A stretch of DNA of 12,857 bases from positions 1-12,857 of the forward strand of contig JAEOTE010000042.1 in NCBI GenBank assembly GCA_016839945.1, given 5' to 3'. Shown one piece after another: positions 7,307 to 12,857 of the stretch (the first letter of the stretch is position 1; every line of letters begins with the position of its first letter). A program made the translations under genes and the position numbers. A model generated the notes under the pieces. That model saw nothing but the letters and a program-made list of their open reading frames with translations, had not been told where the DNA came from and ran no database searches. Source of the DNA: Candidatus Heimdallarchaeota archaeon (lineage in GTDB: Archaea; Asgardarchaeota; Heimdallarchaeia; Heimdallarchaeales; Heimdallarchaeaceae).

Positions 7307-7582
7307 TTACCTGTTTTTTTTCTTCTCAATTTTTTCTTTTTCACTAATGTCTCCAATCATCCCTTCTTTTGGAGCTCTTGTTTTAAGGAAATTCCATCCT
7401 ATCCATGCCATCAAGATTAAGAAAATGAATATAATAATAAAGACTACAATAGCTAGAGCTAAATAGTATTTCAGTGAAATTTGTTTCTCAATTATAGGGA
7501 GTAGAATGGTCCAAACAAAAAGGAAAGCAGCGATAGCAAATGAGCTAAAAATCATTACTATTCCTATTATTTTGTCATTCAT
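7307..7582 (-). CDS. Small two-TM membrane protein, DPM2-like
   Basis: 91 aa with SD-like GAGGT upstream. Two hydrophobic helices, with D..IG, WTILLPII, KYYL, AWIGW..LKT and a Lys/Glu-rich tail. The ORF is well supported; the DPM2 assignment is a by-eye alignment. Confidence 0.7.
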   Translation of the reverse strand: MNDKIIGIVMIFSSFAIAAFLFVWTILLPIIEKQISLKYYLALAIVVFIIIFIFLILMAWIGWNFLKTRAPKEGMIGDISEKEKIEKKKNR

Positions 7583-7636
7583 TCTCTGACCTCTTAAAAA
7601 GAGTATAAACTACATTTATTTAGTTTTTTCCTCTCC

Positions 7637-7966
7637 TTACATCTCTATATCAATGCCTAAAGCCATTTTAATTAAGGCGCGAACTTGATCTTCAGCACTT
7701 TCATATTGAGCTTTTTTTCCTGGGACTTCTACAATTACAGGATAAGGATTCATTCGAATTCTTCTAATCAAATCAGCGTTTGCTTTTGCTACTTCCTCTG
7801 TTATTATTAGGACTGCAATCTCTGGATCATCTGCAATAGTACGTAATAATTTCGCAGACTTTTCAGGTTCTTCTGTATAAATCTCAGAAATTCCTGCTAG
7901 CTTAAATCCCATTGAAGTTTCTTCATCGCCTATGCTTACAATCTTATTCCTTTGTTTAGAACTCAT
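7637..7966 (-). CDS. atpF: A/V-type ATP synthase subunit F
   Basis: KIVSIGDEETSMGFKLAGI, IAVLIITE, PVIVEVP and IKMALGIDI. Confidence 0.95.
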   Translation of the reverse strand: MSSKQRNKIVSIGDEETSMGFKLAGISEIYTEEPEKSAKLLRTIADDPEIAVLIITEEVAKANADLIRRIRMNPYPVIVEVPGKKAQYESAEDQVRALIKMALGIDIEM

Positions 7967-7980
7967 TAAAAATACACTTC

Positions 7981-8289
7981 TTAGAATATATTAGATAAAA
8001 TGTAATCAACTGCTTTTTTCTCTATTTTCTTTGCCTTTTCCTTAAGTTTATTCTGTTCTTCTTCAAAGATGTTGAGGACTTTAACGTATTCCTTTTCTAC
8101 TCTGTCTCCAACACTAGAGAGTATTTTATCAGCTTCTTCTTTAGCTTGGATTTCAGTATCTCTAACTCTTAGTACTGCAGATTTCTCTGCTTCCATAATA
8201 GCGTTCTGTTTTGAAGTTTCAGCTTTCTTTAGCTTTTGTTCACATTTTTTCTCTGTTTCTCGGATAACCTTTAGGAATTCAACACTCAT
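7981..8289 (-). CDS. atpH: A/V-type ATP synthase peripheral stalk subunit H (G)
   Basis: 102-aa Lys/Glu-rich coiled coil starting E.LK.IRE.E and ending EKKAVDYILSNI. Lies 14 bp upstream of subunit F. Confidence 0.8.
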   Translation of the reverse strand: MSVEFLKVIRETEKKCEQKLKKAETSKQNAIMEAEKSAVLRVRDTEIQAKEEADKILSSVGDRVEKEYVKVLNIFEEEQNKLKEKAKKIEKKAVDYILSNIF

Positions 8290-8432
8290 AGTATCGCCTA
8301 TTTGATTAGTTCTTGAAATATACCTTAACTACATTTTTAAAACATTTTGTTACGTCTTCTTCGACTGTTTTTTACAATATTTTTTTTCTTTTGTCGAAAA
8401 AGATTTAATTATACACTAGAATCAAGAATACA
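8290..8432. promoter_or_regulatory. Divergent promoter region between atpH and the phosphohexomutase gene
   Basis: Plus strand: purine run then TTTAATTA (8404-8411), about 25 nt before ATG 8433. Minus strand: TTTTAAAA-type box near 8335-8342 and SD-like AGGCGAT (8293-8299). Confidence 0.4.
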
Positions 8433-9797
8433 ATGAAAAGAAAATTTTTTGGTACAAATGGTATTCGAGGAGAAATCGGAGAACTTTTTACGCCAGTTTT
8501 TGTATCGAAAATGAGTTCAGCTATTGCTACCTTCATGAAAAATAAAGGAACTATGGTTATTGGATCAGATAGCAGAACAAGCAGTCCTGCAGTTAAATAT
8601 GGAGTAATTTCTAGTATACTATCAACTGGAATTGAAGTTATTGATTTAGGTATGGTTCCTACCCCTCTTCTTCAATTTGCTGTTACTTACTTGAAAGTGG
8701 ATTTTGGCATAATGGTTACTGCAAGTCACAATCCACCTCATTTTAATGGAATTAAGGTAGTTGACTATGATGGCATTGAAATCGACATACATAAACAAAA
8801 GTCAATCGAGGAGATTTATGAAGGAGATAAATTTGATTATGTATCATGGGAAAAAAGCAAAGAAGTAACAAAAATTGATTTGATAAAAGAGTATATTGAT
8901 CAAATAACAAGCTTTGTCAATGTTGAAAAAATACAAAAAAGAAAACTCACTTGTGTTGTAGATAGTGGGAATGCTGTAGGTGCGCTTACTACTCCTCTAG
9001 TATTGAAAAACTTGGGAGTTCGAGTATTTAGCATTAACAGTAATTTAGATGGGCATTTTCCAGGTAGAGGAGTGGAGCCTATTCCAAAGAAATTAACATT
9101 AATGGGAAAAACTGCTTTGCAAGCGAAAGCCGACTTTTCTATAGCTCATGATGGAGATGCTGATAGAGCTATTTTTGGGGATGAAAAAGGCGTTGTGCAC
9201 TATGGAGATAAATCTATAGCTTTGTTCCAGAAATGGTTATTACAAGATGAGCCAAACAAGAAGTTTGTTACACCAGTAAGCTCATCTAAAATTATCGAAG
9301 ATGTATCAGAAGAAATTGGTGGTGAAATAGTTTGGACACCAGTTGGATGCATTTATGTGAGTAGAACCATGAAAGAGAAAAATTCCCTACTAGGAGGAGA
9401 AGAGAACGGTGGAATCTTTTATGCTCCTCATCAATGTGTTAGAGATGGTTCAATGGCTGCAGCATTAATGGCTGATATTCTAGCTCAAACTAATAAAACG
9501 TTTAGCAATCTAGTAGAAGATCTTCCACAATATTATCAGAAAAAAGACAGTATAGATTGTCCTAACAAATTGAAAGAAAAAGTAATGGAGTATGTTAAGA
9601 ATAATGTACAAGAAGCTTCAGAGATACTAACAATAGATGGTGTAAAATTGGTTTATCCAGATAGTTGGATTTTAATCAGACCTTCAGGAACTGAACCTAT
9701 ATTCAGAATTTTCGCAGAAGCAAAAACACATGATAAGGCAGAGAAAATGATAATTGATGGCTTAGATTTGGTTAAGAAAGCTCTAAAGAACATATAA
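8433..9797 (+). CDS. Alpha-D-phosphohexomutase (phosphomannomutase/phosphoglucomutase or phosphoglucosamine mutase)
   Basis: FGTNGIRG, catalytic TASHNP, metal loop HDGDADR, sugar loop GGEENGG and phosphate loop IRPSGTEPIFRIFAE. Confidence 0.95.
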   Translation: MKRKFFGTNGIRGEIGELFTPVFVSKMSSAIATFMKNKGTMVIGSDSRTSSPAVKYGVISSILSTGIEVIDLGMVPTPLLQFAVTYLKVDFGIMVTASHNPPHFNGIKVVDYDGIEIDIHKQKSIEEIYEGDKFDYVSWEKSKEVTKIDLIKEYIDQITSFVNVEKIQKRKLTCVVDSGNAVGALTTPLVLKNLGVRVFSINSNLDGHFPGRGVEPIPKKLTLMGKTALQAKADFSIAHDGDADRAIFGDEKGVVHYGDKSIALFQKWLLQDEPNKKFVTPVSSSKIIEDVSEEIGGEIVWTPVGCIYVSRTMKEKNSLLGGEENGGIFYAPHQCVRDGSMAAALMADILAQTNKTFSNLVEDLPQYYQKKDSIDCPNKLKEKVMEYVKNNVQEASEILTIDGVKLVYPDSWILIRPSGTEPIFRIFAEAKTHDKAEKMIIDGLDLVKKALKNI

Positions 9798-9938
9798 TAA
9801 CTGGTTTTTTTCACAAAAACAAATTAAATAACCAAAATTTGATTTAAGAAGTTCTACGTTCAAGATTACCAAGATGTGATTTAACAAAACTTAAAAAAAG
9901 AAACCTAAAAGTTGGGTAACAAACTGAGAGTAATTGAT

Positions 9939-11732
9939 ATGGCAGTAGCTGATTCTGAACAAATTGGTGTAATAGAGAGAATTGCGGGGCCTGTAGTTCA
10001 AGCCTCAAATATGTTAGGTTCAAAGCTTTACGATGTAGCTAGAGTTGGAGAAGAGAAACTAGTTGGTGAGATAATTCGTCTAATTGATGATATAGCTACA
10101 ATTCAAGTTTATGAAAATACAGAGGGTTTAATGCCAGGAGAACCAGTTTATTTAACTAATGCCCCATTATCTGTTGAGCTTGGACCGGGACTAATAAGAC
10201 AAATCTTTGATGGTATTCAAAGACCCCTACCTTTGATTAGACTTCAATCTGGAGATTTCATCAATAGAGGAATAGAAATTCCAGGTCTAGATCACAAGAA
10301 ACTATGGGATTTTGAACCAACAGCAAAAGTTGGAGATAAAGTAGAAGGAGGAGATATAATAGGTGAAATTCCAGAAACACCGACTGTTGACTTTAAATTA
10401 TTGATTCCCCCTAATGTCCGAGGAAAACTAGATTTTATTGCAAAGAAGGGAGATTATACAATTGACGAAATTGCAGCTACTGTTGCAACACCTGAAGGGA
10501 AAAAAGTTGATTTACAATTTTATCACGAATGGCCAGTAAGACAGCCAAGACCATATAGTAGTAGATTACCATCAAATGTCCCCTTAATAACAGGACAAAG
10601 AATTTTTGATACCTTTGCGCCTATAGCGAAAGGAGGAACAGGAGCTATTCCTGGTGGTTTCGGTACAGGAAAAACTGTTAGTCAACATCAGTTAGCCAAA
10701 TGGTCAGATGCCAAAATAGTTGTTTATGTTGGATGTGGAGAAAGAGGTAATGAAATGACTGATGTACTCAGAGAGTTTCCAAGATTAGTAGATCCTTATA
10801 CTGGTGGTCCTCTAATGGATCGAACAGTTTTAATCGCAAATACATCAAATATGCCCGTTGCTGCAAGAGAAGCAAGTGTTTATACTGGAATTACTTTAGC
10901 TGAATTCTTCAGAGATATGGGATATGATGTAGCAATGATGGCGGATAGTACTTCAAGATGGGCTGAAGCCATGAGAGAAATCTCGGGAAGATTAGAAGAG
11001 ATGCCTGGTGAAGAATCATTTCCTGCTTATCTTGCATCTAGGATTGCACAATACTATGAACGAGCAGGAAGAGTACTAACAATTGGAACCAATCCACGTG
11101 AAGCGAGTATAAGTGTTGTTGGTGCAGTTAGTCCTCCAGGTGGTGATTTCAGTGAACCTGTTACACAGAATACATTGAGAATAGTAAAAGTATTTTGGGC
11201 TTTATCTAAGGAATTAGCAAGCCGAAGACATTTTCCTGCAATTGATTACTTGCTTAGTTATACACTTTACTGGTCTGCTTTAGAGAAATATTATGCAGAC
11301 AATGTTAGTCAAGAATTTCCACAATTAAGGGCAGAAGCATTAGCATTACTCCAAAAGGATAAAGAGCTTCAAGATATTGTCGCACTTGTAGGACCTGATG
11401 CATTACCTCCAACTGAAAAAATAGTTTTAGAAACTGCAAGGATGATAAAAGAAGACTTTTTACAACAAAACGCATATCATGATACAGATAGTTTTTGCAG
11501 TCTTCAAAAACAATATTTGATGCTAAAAACGATATTACGTTATTATGAAAAAGCTTCTGAGCTTTATAGACGAGGAATTAATGTTACTGATATTTTTGAG
11601 CACGATATTGTTACAAAAGTAGCTAGAATGAAATATATTGAAAGAAGTGATGTTGAAACTAACCTAAATGAATTAATGAAAGAGATAGATGGTTTAGTTG
11701 CACAAGATTTTGGAGATGAGGGATTAGTATAA
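9939..11732 (+). CDS. atpA: A/V-type ATP synthase catalytic subunit A
   Basis: IQVYE.T, WPVR.PRP, P-loop [41 protein letters not shown] and [16 protein letters not shown] 9939 is preferred over TTG 9912. Confidence 0.98.
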   Translation: MAVADSEQIGVIERIAGPVVQASNMLGSKLYDVARVGEEKLVGEIIRLIDDIATIQVYENTEGLMPGEPVYLTNAPLSVELGPGLIRQIFDGIQRPLPLIRLQSGDFINRGIEIPGLDHKKLWDFEPTAKVGDKVEGGDIIGEIPETPTVDFKLLIPPNVRGKLDFIAKKGDYTIDEIAATVATPEGKKVDLQFYHEWPVRQPRPYSSRLPSNVPLITGQRIFDTFAPIAKGGTGAIPGGFGTGKTVSQHQLAKWSDAKIVVYVGCGERGNEMTDVLREFPRLVDPYTGGPLMDRTVLIANTSNMPVAAREASVYTGITLAEFFRDMGYDVAMMADSTSRWAEAMREISGRLEEMPGEESFPAYLASRIAQYYERAGRVLTIGTNPREASISVVGAVSPPGGDFSEPVTQNTLRIVKVFWALSKELASRRHFPAIDYLLSYTLYWSALEKYYADNVSQEFPQLRAEALALLQKDKELQDIVALVGPDALPPTEKIVLETARMIKEDFLQQNAYHDTDSFCSLQKQYLMLKTILRYYEKASELYRRGINVTDIFEHDIVTKVARMKYIERSDVETNLNELMKEIDGLVAQDFGDEGLV

Positions 11733-11746
11733 GGAAGGTTATAAAA

Positions 11747-12857
11747 ATGACAGTGAAAGAAAAATATGAATCTAGAGAATTTCAAACTGTAACTGAAGTT
11801 TCAGGACCATTAATGTTTGTTGATTTAAAAGAAATGGGTGGAGTATCTTATGGTGAAATAGCAGAAATTACAACTACAACTGGAGAAAGAAGAAGGGGAC
11901 AAGTGTTAGATGTCTCAAAAAATTTAGCCGTCATTCAATGTTTTGAAGGTACTTCAGGATTGGAAACTAAAGATACAATCTGTCGATTTCTAGGTGAAAC
12001 TATGAAAATTGGTGTTAGTCGTGAAATGCTTGGTCGTGTTTTCAATGGAAGAGGAGAACAAATAGATGGGGGTGGGGACATAATACCAGAAAAAATACTT
12101 GATGTTACTGGATCTCCCATAAATCCTTCTGCACGTCGTTATCCAAAAGAGTTTATTCAAACAGGAATTAGTACAATAGATACTTTACTAACACTTGTTC
12201 GTGGTCAAAAATTGCCATTATTCAGTGGAAGTGGGCTTCCACATAATATGCTTGCTGCTCAAATTGCACGCCAAGCTAAAGTTCTAGGTTCAGAAGAGGA
12301 ATTTGCTGTTATTTTTTCTGCAATGGGAATTACTGCTGATGAAGCACGTTTTTTCAGGGATGACTTTGAAGAAACAGGATCTCTTGACAAAGTTGTTTTG
12401 TTCCTTAATCTTGCAGATGATCCAGCGATAGAAAGACTCCTGACACCTAGATTGGCATTGACTGTTGCAGAACATCTTGCATTCGATCACGATTATCATG
12501 TTTTAGTAATTCTTACAGACATAACTGCTTATGCTGAATCTCTCCGAGAAGTAGCTGCTGCACGAAGTGAAGTTCCAAGCAGAAGAGGATACCCAGGATA
12601 TATGTATTCAGATTTCTCTACTATTTACGAAAGAGCAGGAAGAATACATGAGAAAAAAGGATCAATTACTCAAATTCCTATTTTAACACTACCCAATTAT
12701 GATATTACACACCCTGTTCCTGATTTAACCGGGTATATTACAGAAGGTCAAGTTTATGTTGATATAGGATTGAATCGAAAAGGTCTTTACCCCCCAATTA
12801 ATCCTTTGCCTTCACTATCAAGACTCATGAAAGATACTATAGGACAAGGATCTACAA
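11747..12857 (+). CDS. atpB: A/V-type ATP synthase subunit B, 3'-truncated by the window end (absent from the ORF track)
   Basis: My translation from ATG 11747 is open to the end: [25 protein letters not shown]...[19 protein letters not shown]...[17 protein letters not shown]...RRGYPGYMY...[17 protein letters not shown]...[10 protein letters not shown]-like GGAAGGT follows the atpA stop. Confidence 0.98.
   Translation, partial: MTVKEKYESREFQTVTEVSGPLMFVDLKEMGGVSYGEIAEITTTTGERRRGQVLDVSKNLAVIQCFEGTSGLETKDTICRFLGETMKIGVSREMLGRVFNGRGEQIDGGGDIIPEKILDVTGSPINPSARRYPKEFIQTGISTIDTLLTLVRGQKLPLFSGSGLPHNMLAAQIARQAKVLGSEEEFAVIFSAMGITADEARFFRDDFEETGSLDKVVLFLNLADDPAIERLLTPRLALTVAEHLAFDHDYHVLVILTDITAYAESLREVAAARSEVPSRRGYPGYMYSDFSTIYERAGRIHEKKGSITQIPILTLPNYDITHPVPDLTGYITEGQVYVDIGLNRKGLYPPINPLPSLSRLMKDTIGQGST

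Noticed and set aside
8069-8305. 78-aa Ser/Phe-rich plus-strand ORF
   Set aside because: Antisense shadow of the Lys/Glu-rich atpH.
7307-9797. Mannose pathway cluster linking the DPM2-like gene and the phosphohexomutase
   Set aside because: They are on opposite strands, separated by two ATPase genes, and the mutase substrate is undetermined. Too weak unless synteny supports it.
11564-12499. Minus-strand ORFs 11564-11785, 11935-12120 and 12290-12499
   Set aside because: Antisense to atpA and atpB. The apparent gap in the ORF track is filled by atpB, which has no stop inside the window.
9939-12857. Possible intein or frameshift in atpA or atpB
   Set aside because: AtpA has normal length with contiguous motifs, and atpB reads in one frame to the window end.

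Overview
AT-rich archaeal chromosomal region, tightly packed with housekeeping genes. An Asgard (Heimdallarchaeia-like) origin is inferred from protein style and eukaryote-like motifs, not proven. Five A/V-type ATP synthase subunit genes lie in three separate blocks: D alone; H(G)-F on the minus strand; A-B, with B truncated at the window end and missing from the ORF track. Between them are YccF, RpiA, a PINA ATPase, a divergent tRNA-splicing endonuclease subunit, a Taw2/Tyw2-like enzyme, a stand-alone arcTGT C2-PUA protein, NAC and a phosphohexomutase. Two unassigned membrane proteins are the most interesting. One is a 287-aa single-pass protein (CdvA-like coiled coil, basic patch, Pro-rich linker, C-terminal amphipathic helix with MIM1/WH2-like spacing). 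The other is a 91-aa two-TM protein that aligns by eye with eukaryotic DPM2. I saw no RNA genes, CRISPR arrays or mobile elements. All family assignments come from motif recognition and remembered sequences; no search was run.
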